Made by a program: the position numbers and the translations under genes. A stretch of 64,000 nucleotides of DNA from an uncultured Ruminococcus sp. (GTDB lineage: Bacteria; Bacillota; Clostridia; Oscillospirales; Acutalibacteraceae). This document shows, piece by piece, positions 48,065 through 56,925 of this stretch. How positions within the stretch are numbered: the first letter of the stretch is position 1; each line of letters begins with the position of its first letter. The DNA lies in NCBI GenBank assembly GCA_902790475.1, contig CADASG010000004.1, positions 4,373 to 68,372 on the forward strand. Reading direction: 5' to 3'. The notes beneath the pieces were generated by a model. That model was not told where the DNA came from and ran no database searches. It was given only the letters and a program-made list of their open reading frames with translations.

Positions 48065-50968
48065 TTATCCCGCGTTTAGCCAGGTTCCGTTAGAGTATAT
48101 CGCGCTCAGGTAAGGAATGTTCACTAAATCCTGTTGTACCAGTTTAGTTGAGCCGTTCAGGAAGATACAGCAGTTATATTCCTTCGGACAGGTGTATTTG
48201 TAAATATTGCTTCCGTCGTTAGTCATCTGCGTTCCGGGCCAAGCGACCATACAATCGTTCGTTCCGTATTTCCACACATAAATACAGGGATTTGAAGCGT
48301 TGAAATAGTTGTTGTCAAGGTAGATCGTTCTGTAATTCGCGGGGTCTTCCTCAACGACGTTCACGTATTCTCCGCAGTGGTTTCCGCTTACCGTCATATG
48401 AGCGACAAACTTTTGAATGAGCGTTGCGTCAGATACACTGACCGAATTGCTGCTGTTGACGTCCGCGGCTTTCAGAGAGTCACCGGTAAGCGTTGTGATA
48501 GAGGAGCTGTGACGCTGGATCTCGGTGGCGTCTCTGATGTCGATAACGCCGTCAAGGTTTACGTCACCGATAAGTACACGCTGAGGAGCGGTAAAGCTGC
48601 TCCAATCCGTGAGGTTGGTGAGCATCATGTCGGAGCCGTTTATCTCAAGTCCTTTGGCGCCCGACGCAGGGTACTGCGACGAGCCGTTGTTGAAGATCGC
48701 CAGTCCGTTTTCCGCAAGCTCGTCGGGAACCTCATAAACGTAGTAGCCTGTTGAGTTATCGTACTCCATCGCCTCGCCCGGCCATGAGTGGTTGCATGTT
48801 ACGGGGCTTGTTGACTCGTCATAGACATAAACGTTAACGTTGCTCCAGTTGTAACGGGAGTTGTCAAAGTAGATCCTTGTTACCGCGGCAGGATCCTTCT
48901 TTTTGTAGGTGAAGGTTTTTTCAACGGTTTCCTCGGAGTTTGTCGCGGTCATAGTCACGTTAAAGGTCGTGCCTACCGCGATCCCGTCGCCGATCTCAAA
49001 TGTCTGACCGTTGACTACTCTGAACTGTGTTCCGCCGTTTATGCTGACCATCGCGTAGTCTGCTCCGCGCAGTGAAACGGTCACGGTCTGGCTGTCATAG
49101 AATGCAGGCTTGCCGCCTTTGAGCGACATTGAAATCGTGGGAACGGGTCCCGAAATCAGGATAACTCCCTGAGCACCCGAGTTAAAGGTCACTCTGCCGT
49201 TTTGAACCACAGCCGTTATGCCGTTATACTCGTTTGTCAAGGTCGCGCCGTTGTTGAATACAGAGGAAACATCAATCGTGATGTTGGTGTTTACGGGAGC
49301 GCCCACTGTGCATACAACGTTGTCGCAGGTCACGCCGTCGTCATAGGTTCTCGAGAAGGTGTAGCCTGTAGAGCTGTTGTAAGCTGAGATCTGATTGTGA
49401 GCGCCTGCGCCAACCGCAACGTGATTTGAGCGGAATTTGCCTACCTTCCGCCAGTGCTGAAGCACGCTTTGGTTGATGCTGCTCCAGTTCATGTCGCTTC
49501 TCAGCGAATGACCGCTGCCGCCGTTGCCGTCAAAGTCCATGTTGGATACAAGTCCGCGGTTCGTTTCGTCGCCGTAGAAGATCTGGACGCCGCCGGGCAG
49601 CAGCATCAGTGACGTACCCTGATAGTAAAGGTCGTTGCTTCTCGCGAGGTTTGAGTCGTGCGAGGAAATATAGGTGAGCATATTGAAGTCAAGGTCGGTG
49701 TTAATGCTGTTTGCGTAGTTCTGATAAATGCCGTTGAGACTGCTTACTCCGTCAATGCTTCTGCCTGAGAACGAGAAGTTGATCATCGAGTCAAAGCCGC
49801 CTGATGTAAAGTAGCCGTCCTTATTCAGACCGTGACCCCAGCTTTCGCCGGTCATCCAGAAGTCCTCATCCCAGTCCGCGCCGGGGGAGGTGGGGTGGTT
49901 TGTTCTCCATGTGTTGAGAGCGGTTACGCACTTGGTTTTGAGCTTGTTCCAGGAGGAAAGCTCAACGTGCTTTGCGGTGTCGCAGCGGAAGCCGTCAACG
50001 CCGTATTCCTCAACCCATTCCGAAAGCCATGTCGTGAGGTAGTCGGAAACGGTTCCCAAACCGTTGTACTTCGCCATTTTTTGGTTATAGGTTCCCTCGC
50101 TTTGCCATTTTGTTTTCAAAATCTGAGGGACAGAGACATTGGTCGTAGATTCGGTGCGGAAGTCGGGCAGGCTCGCAAGACACTGAGTCAGTTCGCTGCC
50201 GTTGTTTTCCGTATAGCCCGAAAGTCCCGCTCTTATCCAGTCGGGTCCCCACCATCTGCCCCAGGAGGTTGCAGATGAAGATGAATTGTAATCAATATAG
50301 CTGTTGATGCTGCCGACGTTGTTTATCCTGTACATATAGGATTCAGCCATAGTGCGGTTGCTGAAAGCTCCGTAGTTGTACTGGATCATGTCCTTGACGT
50401 TTGTATAGCCTGCGTGGTTCATAACAACGTCAAGAATAACGCGGATATTATGTGAGTGAGCAGTGTCTACCATGGTCTTGAACTCCTGCTTGGTGCCGAA
50501 GTTCGCGTCGGTCTCGGTGTAATCGAGCGCGTAGTAGCCGTGATATGCGTAGTGAGCGAAGCCTGCGCCCGAATCGACGTATCCGTGGATCTGCTCGTAG
50601 GGAGCGGAGATCCAAATCGCGTTGACGCCCAAATCGTCGAAGTAGTTTGCGTTGATCTTTTGGGTTATGCCCGCGAAGTCGCCGCCGTGGAAGGTACCGG
50701 GATTGGTGTCCCAGCCGCTGATAGGCGAGTTGTTTTGATCAAGGGCTCGTCCGTAGGAGTGGTCGTTTGAGCTGTTGCCGTTGTAAAAACGGTCAGTCAG
50801 CAGGAAATAAACATTCGCATTGTCCCACGAAAAATCATCGGGAGACTCAACGGTTCGTTCGGTTCCTACCGGCTCCGCCGCTTCTGCCGCTCCAGCAGTG
50901 AAGCCTGAAACTGACATTGAAGCGATCATAGCCAGACTCAGCGCGGCGGAGATAATTTTCTTTTTCAT
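48065..50968 (-). CDS. Secreted alpha-amylase (GH13, MalS-like) with CBM26-dockerin-CBM26 tail
   Basis: Signal peptide; GFRCDTAKHVE, MTGESWG, ISSHD catalytic triad; RIYFDNS..NWS.V.VY.Y and TIYLDN...C.YVW CBM26-like units flanking dockerin GDVNLDGVIDIRDAT. Confidence 0.9.
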   Translation of the reverse strand: MKKKIISAALSLAMIASMSVSGFTAGAAEAAEPVGTERTVESPDDFSWDNANVYFLLTDRFYNGNSSNDHSYGRALDQNNSPISGWDTNPGTFHGGDFAGITQKINANYFDDLGVNAIWISAPYEQIHGYVDSGAGFAHYAYHGYYALDYTETDANFGTKQEFKTMVDTAHSHNIRVILDVVMNHAGYTNVKDMIQYNYGAFSNRTMAESYMYRINNVGSINSYIDYNSSSSATSWGRWWGPDWIRAGLSGYTENNGSELTQCLASLPDFRTESTTNVSVPQILKTKWQSEGTYNQKMAKYNGLGTVSDYLTTWLSEWVEEYGVDGFRCDTAKHVELSSWNKLKTKCVTALNTWRTNHPTSPGADWDEDFWMTGESWGHGLNKDGYFTSGGFDSMINFSFSGRSIDGVSSLNGIYQNYANSINTDLDFNMLTYISSHDSNLARSNDLYYQGTSLMLLPGGVQIFYGDETNRGLVSNMDFDGNGGSGHSLRSDMNWSSINQSVLQHWRKVGKFRSNHVAVGAGAHNQISAYNSSTGYTFSRTYDDGVTCDNVVCTVGAPVNTNITIDVSSVFNNGATLTNEYNGITAVVQNGRVTFNSGAQGVILISGPVPTISMSLKGGKPAFYDSQTVTVSLRGADYAMVSINGGTQFRVVNGQTFEIGDGIAVGTTFNVTMTATNSEETVEKTFTYKKKDPAAVTRIYFDNSRYNWSNVNVYVYDESTSPVTCNHSWPGEAMEYDNSTGYYVYEVPDELAENGLAIFNNGSSQYPASGAKGLEINGSDMMLTNLTDWSSFTAPQRVLIGDVNLDGVIDIRDATEIQRHSSSITTLTGDSLKAADVNSSNSVSVSDATLIQKFVAHMTVSGNHCGEYVNVVEEDPANYRTIYLDNNYFNASNPCIYVWKYGTNDCMVAWPGTQMTNDGSNIYKYTCPKEYNCCIFLNGSTKLVQQDLVNIPYLSAIYSNGTWLNAG

Positions 50969-51115
50969 TTGAATCATCCTTTCATAAATTATTGCGGTTT
51001 TTTACGGGTTGCGCCGTACCCATTGAGTGCATTTTGATTCATAATAATTATAACATAAATTCACCGAAATTTCAATACAAAATTGTTTTGTTTTGTTGAT
51101 ATTCGGTATCAATAT

Positions 51116-51151
51116 AAATAAGCCGCCGTGAAAATATACGGCGGCTTATTT
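51116..51151 (-). terminator. Terminator of cotJABC
   Basis: AATAAGCCGCCGT/ACGGCGGCTTATT stem. Confidence 0.75.
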
Positions 51152-51163
51152 GATATAAACGGT

Positions 51164-51799
51164 TTATTGCTGCTGTTTGTTTGCTTTTGTTTTTTTGAAG
51201 CATGCTTTGTCGAACGACGGGTTGAATGCGTAGAAATTCTTTTCGTTAAGATTATCCGTCAGCAGACGTAAGTTTTCGCCGAAGCGCTGATAATGGACGA
51301 CCTCTCGCTCCCTCAAAAAGCGAATGACGTCCTTAACGTCGTAGTCGTCGCAGTAACGAAGAATATTATCATAGGTAGTCCGCGCTTTTTGTTCGGCGGC
51401 GAGATTTTCGTGCAGATCGGTTATGGGGTCGCCCTTGCTTTGGATATAGGCGGCGGTGAACGGAACACCCTCGGCGGAAGCAGGATAGATACCCATTGTG
51501 TGATCCACAAAGTAGCCGTCCAGCCCTGCCTTCTTTATATCCTCGGGCGTTTGGTTTTTGGTCAGCTGATAGATGATAGCTCCCACCATCTCAAGATGCC
51601 CCAATTCCTCGGTTCCGATATCTGTCAGCGTGGCTTTCAGTTCGGGCATGGGCATGGTGTAACGCTGGCTCAGGTAGCGCAGCGACGCGCCGAGCTCTCC
51701 GTCGGGACCGCCGTATTGAGAGGCGATTATCTTGGCAAGCTTAGGATTGGGATTCTTTATATTTATAGGGTATTGCAGCTTTTTTTCATATACAAACAT
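51164..51799 (-). CDS. cotJC: Spore coat protein CotJC (manganese catalase family)
   Basis: MFVYEKKLQYP, QYGGPDGELGAS.RY, DIGTEELGH, AAEQKAR..Y, REVVH.QRF. Confidence 0.93.
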   Translation of the reverse strand: MFVYEKKLQYPINIKNPNPKLAKIIASQYGGPDGELGASLRYLSQRYTMPMPELKATLTDIGTEELGHLEMVGAIIYQLTKNQTPEDIKKAGLDGYFVDHTMGIYPASAEGVPFTAAYIQSKGDPITDLHENLAAEQKARTTYDNILRYCDDYDVKDVIRFLREREVVHYQRFGENLRLLTDNLNEKNFYAFNPSFDKACFKKTKANKQQQ

Positions 51800-52053
51800 C
51801 AGTTGTTCTCCTCGCTTTCCCAAGGCCACGGTCCGGTGATCCAGCTCCAGTTATTTCCCTGCGTAACGGTTTTCTGCAACGGTTCGAACTCCTCCTCATA
51901 TTCCTGCTTTATCTTTTCTGCTTTTAGTTTATACAAATTCATTTTTTCAAGAGTCGCGGAGTCGTTGGGGTGAGAGTCCAAAAAGAGCTGCAAATCAAGC
52001 ACGGCGAACTGATAGGTTGACAGTTTTTTGAGCAGCATTTCACGTTTTGTCAT
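51799..52053 (-). CDS. cotJB: Spore coat protein CotJB
   Basis: FAVLDLQLFLDSHPND...Y...PL...W.W..GPWPWE. Confidence 0.9.
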   Translation of the reverse strand: MTKREMLLKKLSTYQFAVLDLQLFLDSHPNDSATLEKMNLYKLKAEKIKQEYEEEFEPLQKTVTQGNNWSWITGPWPWESEENN

Positions 52054-52246
52054 TTGTATCACCGCATTTGCCGCCGTAAAAAGGTTTGTTTAACATCGGA
52101 TACATGGTGCCTGTCGCAAACCCCTGATCGGGAGAGTAAGTTTCCGTTGCCAAAGCCTGATAAGGCACATACGCCATTGCGAAGGGCGTTTCTTTAGGAA
52201 ATTTTTCCAGTCCGTATTGCTGAGTTATTATTTCATTCAGCTTCAA
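52040..52246 (-). CDS. cotJA: Spore coat protein CotJA
   Basis: AMAYVPYQ...Y...GF..GT.YP.L.KPF. Confidence 0.88.
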   Translation of the reverse strand: MKLNEIITQQYGLEKFPKETPFAMAYVPYQALATETYSPDQGFATGTMYPMLNKPFYGGKCGDTNDKT

Positions 52247-52284
52247 TTCAATTCTCCTTTCATAATTGAGCGCTGCTCAGTATT

Positions 52285-52310
52285 ACTATATGAAAGGTAT
52301 TATCAAGTGT
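52285..52310 (-). promoter_or_regulatory. Putative mother-cell (sigma-E/K-type) promoter of cotJABC
   Basis: Minus strand AC-N16-CATATAGT. Confidence 0.5.
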
Positions 52311-52324
52311 TACGGATCGCCGAA

Positions 52325-52368
52325 AAAAGAAAAGCAATACCGCGCGCCGAAACGGAGCGGTATTGCCT
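52325..52368 (-). terminator. Intrinsic terminator of the L,D-transpeptidase gene; stem identical to the MITE TIR core
   Basis: GCAATACCGC-N13-GCGGTATTGC with an A-rich flank on the + strand. Confidence 0.75.
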
Positions 52369-53296
52369 ATACAATTAAGATTTGAGGTGAAGCGTCCTGT
52401 CGGAGCCATTGCAAAATTCGCAGCATATCTTCCTGAGACACACCTACGCAGCCGTGGGTCGGCTGCGTGCTGACGTGCATAAAAAACGCTGAGCCCATGC
52501 CGGGTGCGGCCGGGTTCATGTTGTAGTCAAACACAAAACCGCAGTTGTAATTGTCCGGGAAATCGATCATGTGTTCCGCGGATTCCCAGTCCTTATCTTC
52601 GGGATTTTCGACGCGTTGATTGTAATACCGCGAATTCGGGTCGTCTACCCAGTAGGTGTCGTCGGTTATCTGAAAATAATCGAGTCCGGTGTCGATGGAT
52701 CCGTCAAATCCGAAGGCGGTCGGTATTCCGAACAGCCCCATCGGAGTGACGCTCACACCTTCGCTTGCTTCTCCGACGCCTTCCGAACCGACAAAGGCGC
52801 TGATTTCCTCAAAGCCGTCCGCAGCTTGCCAAGAATCTCCGTTCTTTTGATAAAGCCTGACGGTTGCATTCGAGCTTCCGTTTTGTGAGGAATCCACCAG
52901 AATCAACTGCGTGCCGTACAAAGCGGAGCTGTTAGCGCCGATCAGCGACAGGGCGTTTTGAAGCGGTTGGGGAAGAGGCTTGTCCAAAGCTTCCGTCTGC
53001 TCCTCGGTGAAAGCTTCTGCCTGTTCATCTTCGGGCGGTTCTGTTTCCCCGGTAATAGTACTTGCTACGTCAGATCCCTTTGATTCAGCCGTACTGTCAT
53101 TTGCCGTCAAGGAGGTGACCTGTATTTGTTGTGATGCGGTTGACGGGACAGTGTTTGCAAAAGCGGTATGGTTTTCGTTTCTGTGAAAGGATATCACGAG
53201 CACCACTGCAATGACCGTCGCAGCTAAAGCCGCAGCGGAAACCGCGGCGGCTATAGTGATCCTTTTATCCTTGATTTCAGCATGTCGATGTGACAT
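52367..53296 (-). CDS. L,D-transpeptidase (YkuD-like) family protein
   Basis: TM anchor, low-complexity linker, EG...TPMGLF, GSAFFMH...THGCV catalytic His/Cys. Confidence 0.85.
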   Translation of the reverse strand: MSHRHAEIKDKRITIAAAVSAAALAATVIAVVLVISFHRNENHTAFANTVPSTASQQIQVTSLTANDSTAESKGSDVASTITGETEPPEDEQAEAFTEEQTEALDKPLPQPLQNALSLIGANSSALYGTQLILVDSSQNGSSNATVRLYQKNGDSWQAADGFEEISAFVGSEGVGEASEGVSVTPMGLFGIPTAFGFDGSIDTGLDYFQITDDTYWVDDPNSRYYNQRVENPEDKDWESAEHMIDFPDNYNCGFVFDYNMNPAAPGMGSAFFMHVSTQPTHGCVGVSQEDMLRILQWLRQDASPQILIV

Positions 53297-53696
53297 AATT
53301 ACCTCTTGATTTGTACGAAATAATAGGGGCAACCTCAAAAGACAGTATTCTATCATTGGATATTATTCTAATTTGGAATAATATCTTAATATCTGCAAAT
53401 TGGTTAATATCCTTCAGTGTAATCATTCTATTCCGCTTGTACTCGCAGATAATTTGCGCATTGATGTAATGAGAACTGACGTGTCTGTTATCGAAAAAAC
53501 CATAATGTTTTTTTGAATTAACTACAATCTTTGCATGGTTCTTGTAACTGCAGCGAGTTCGTTACTGTTCTGTATTTTTTTGGAATGCCTTTTTAAGTGA
53601 AGAACATAATTTTACCAGTTTACAAATAATTGAATTATGATGGAGCTATTATACCAAATCTCATATTTCTATGGCGGATTCTTTAGTGGTGCCTTT

Positions 53697-54666
53697 TTAG
53701 TTAAGCAATGTTTGCAACCATGGCAGTACTGTAGGAAGTATAGTAGTTACAACAAATACTAAAATTTCACTTAAATCAATATTTAATAGTGATTTTTGTT
53801 TTTTATCTGAAATTATAGATTCAGAATAATAATTTGTGATATAATATCTTGCGATGTATATACTGCTAAAAAAGAGCTGCAAGAAACATTGCTATTATCA
53901 GAATTATTCCTCCAGAATATCCTGCTAAAGCGAATTCTACATTATATTTTGTAGTTGCACGATAATCCGAGAGAAACGCTGTTGCTACTGAAATCATTGA
54001 ATAAATGCCAAAGAAAACACAAAGCGTACAGCTGCTTTTCAAAATATTAAAAATATCTTTTGTTTTTTCTGTATCTTTCGTTGTTACTCCTTTTTTTCGA
54101 TATGAACAAATCGTAAACATGTATATAATTATTGAAATAAAAAAGTGTACTGACATTGACAGAACAAAACAGATTAATAATCCATAGTACCATATTCCAA
54201 CTCCAACGAGTGAATACCAGTATACTATATTTTGCGATTCCGAGACATGATAAGCATTTGTAATGAAAAATATACCAGATGCAAATCCAATTATTATTGA
54301 ACCAATTAACGTCCATACTCGTAATAGTTGAACCGTTTTTTGTAATTTTTTATAATTATTTACTCTTATGTTCTCAAATTCTCTCATTCTTCCGCCTATA
54401 TAACTTAAGAATTTTCCAGATGCAAAATAAATAAAAAACAATTGATAAACTAAAACAAAAGAATTAGTCAAATCGTCAAAAATTCCAAAATATTTTACAT
54501 TTTTTTGGATTTGCGTATTGTTTAGTTCATGAATAATTGCATCGCTATTCAATAATATAATAATAAAAATAGCCAAAAGAATAAAAGGAATAAAAATATA
54601 GATCATTCTTCTACATGTTCCTTTGTCGTGCCAAAGCCAATTATATAAAGTATTACCATAAAACAT
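53697..54666 (-). pseudogene. AT-rich membrane protein gene apparently split by a frameshift in a T6 run
   Basis: ORF 53866-54666 stops at CTT TTT TAG. Removing one T joins it to the 53697-53882 frame (FSSIYIARY...LPWLQTLLN*). About 7 hydrophobic segments; GC ~23% in a counted 60-mer. Confidence 0.55.
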
Positions 54667-55234
54667 TTTGTTACCTCTTTCATTGTTTTTTTAGTTTTTT
54701 ATTATTATCTTTTTTCAAATTCAAAAAAAGATAAAATATCGTTTGAAATATCACATTGAAGAATTAAGACGTTTTTCTTCTACTTAAGAATACAGCGCAA
54801 ATGTGTAATCTGTTTTGTTTTTTATCAATTCTTTCGCTTTTCTCTGGGTTTAATTTGTTTGTTTTCCTTGCAAATGTTTCTCTGACAAGGTGAAACGACA
54901 AATGATGTGTCAATGATAGTTGTAGAATGTGTGATGATAATGTTCTTTTCTAACTCCTTTCTATAGACGATAAATAACTGTTTTTATTATGCCAGTTTTT
55001 TGTAAGGGCTTTTATGATAAAGCCAAATATCTTTTTTAGGCACTCTATCTCCAAGCGACAGTACAAGAAAACGCATAAAACTCATATGGCTATTGATCAG
55101 GCATTATGTTTGTGCAACCGATAGGATTCAACCATTTCTGCAAATAGATTCATTTGTCATTATCACTATCGCTTTCTGATGGTTATCCAATATCATATTA
55201 TCTATTTTTGTAAGTTTTTTAGGTTATCTATATA

Positions 55235-56905
55235 TCACTTTTTGTTTTTCAGTTTCGTGACTGCGAGGGCGGTCACTCCGCCGACTGCCGCTATTACTGC
55301 CAGACTTTTTACTATGGCTTTTCTTACGAAGGGCACGTTATAGTCAAGCGTGGAGTAGGAGGGATTGATCATGTAGGGAAGCAGCGGCATAAGGAGCTTG
55401 CGGCTGCGGCTTAGAATATCATGCTCGATATGCGGCTGCTTGGAAAGAACCATTGAAGCGCGGCTTTGTGACTGATAAGGTTCCCAGTCCAAGCCTTTTG
55501 CGGCAGGCTTGCCGCTGCGCGCAAAGCTTGTCCACAGCTCCATGACTGTATCGGACAGCGCTTCGTCGGCAGGCTGACCCGTATAAAGAGTTTCTTCTGT
55601 ATTTCCGAAAACATATGCGAGCTCCACCGCGTGACACGCCTTGCGCAGTGGAAGTGCGGATTGGACAGTCCAGTAGTACATATAAACGCTGCCGCCGTTT
55701 TCAGAATGTCCCTCTGCCTGAGCAACGGCAGGAAGGCGGAACATCATTTCGTTATAAAACTGCGCCATCTTCCACATGCTGTGTCCGCTCATGCTTCTGA
55801 AAAAGAGCTCCACGCGCATTTTTCCGCTCTTGTTCAGCACCTTCATGTCGTTTTCAAATTTTACCGGGATACTGAAACGGAAAGGAACCAAGCCGCCGAT
55901 CTCACCTATCCAATAGTTCATCTCGTCCGAGTTTGTGCCTATCAAAATATCAATGTCGGATGTTTCTCCGTTTCTATACGGAAGGTATGGGTCGAAGGGG
56001 ATCAAACGCCCGTCGCGCTGCGGAAAGTTGTTGTATTCATTGAGCTTTTCATTGAGCGTCATAAGCTCGCTTTCGCTCAGCGCCAGTAAATCATCAACAG
56101 CTTTGGCTCGGCTTGCGCGTATCAAGCGCCGTGTGAACTCCTTGCACTCATCCTTTGAAAAGGTCAGGGCAACAGAGCCGCTTTGTGCGATAATTCGGCG
56201 AAACAGTCCCTTTGCTTTCGGAATAACAGGCAAAAGCGAAACGCTGCCGCCTCCTGCCGATTCACCGAAAACAGTGACGTTGTAAGGGTTACCGCCGAAA
56301 TTCGCGATATTTTGTTGTATCCACCGCAGGGCTTCGATCTGGTCAAGCAGACCGAGGTTCGGAGCGTCGGGATAATTTTCTCCTCCCTTTAGGTATGAGA
56401 GATCGGTAAAGCCCATCAAGCCGATTCGGTAGGCGACCGTGACCAGAATAATATCAGGGTGCTTTTCGACAAGGTTTTTGCCGTCGTACATCGGGTCGGC
56501 AGTGCCGCCCCAGCCGTATGAGCCGCCGTGAAAAAATACCATCACGGGTTTGTCGGCGGTTTTATCGTCGGCACTGTGCCAAATGTTAAGGTAAAGGCAG
56601 TCCTCACCCTGCGGATAGTATGACGCCTGCTCGGTTTTCCATTCGGTTTGAATTGGAGATTTTCCGTTGTAGTAAGCTTCAAACACCCTGTCGTCGGGCA
56701 AAACCGGCTCGGGAGCCTTCCACCTGAGTTTTCCTACAGGCGGCTTTGCAAAGGGTATCCCTCGGAATACCAAGGTATTTCCCGAGCGGGCTCCTACAAA
56801 GGTTCCGTTTACGCATTTCGCGGAAAGCTCTTTGTCATAATCTTCGGTTATTACGCGGTTTTCACCGTAGCTGCTGCGAATAGCAGCTATTGCTTCTGAT
56901 GTCAT
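55235..56905 (-). CDS. Type-B carboxylesterase (p-nitrobenzyl esterase-like) with C-terminal hydrophobic tail
   Basis: FRGIPFAKPP, EDCLYLNIW, HGGSY, FGESAG nucleophile, GTNSDE, CHAVEL. Confidence 0.92.
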   Translation of the reverse strand: MTSEAIAAIRSSYGENRVITEDYDKELSAKCVNGTFVGARSGNTLVFRGIPFAKPPVGKLRWKAPEPVLPDDRVFEAYYNGKSPIQTEWKTEQASYYPQGEDCLYLNIWHSADDKTADKPVMVFFHGGSYGWGGTADPMYDGKNLVEKHPDIILVTVAYRIGLMGFTDLSYLKGGENYPDAPNLGLLDQIEALRWIQQNIANFGGNPYNVTVFGESAGGGSVSLLPVIPKAKGLFRRIIAQSGSVALTFSKDECKEFTRRLIRASRAKAVDDLLALSESELMTLNEKLNEYNNFPQRDGRLIPFDPYLPYRNGETSDIDILIGTNSDEMNYWIGEIGGLVPFRFSIPVKFENDMKVLNKSGKMRVELFFRSMSGHSMWKMAQFYNEMMFRLPAVAQAEGHSENGGSVYMYYWTVQSALPLRKACHAVELAYVFGNTEETLYTGQPADEALSDTVMELWTSFARSGKPAAKGLDWEPYQSQSRASMVLSKQPHIEHDILSRSRKLLMPLLPYMINPSYSTLDYNVPFVRKAIVKSLAVIAAVGGVTALAVTKLKNKK

Positions 56906-56925
56906 TTCTTTCACCGTAAGGTTGT

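Noticed and set aside
53279-53560. About 94 stop-free codons on the minus strand without a start (RTRCSYKNHAKIVVNSKKHYGFF...)
   Set aside because: Possibly a gene remnant, but I recognise no family motif, so no call is supportable.
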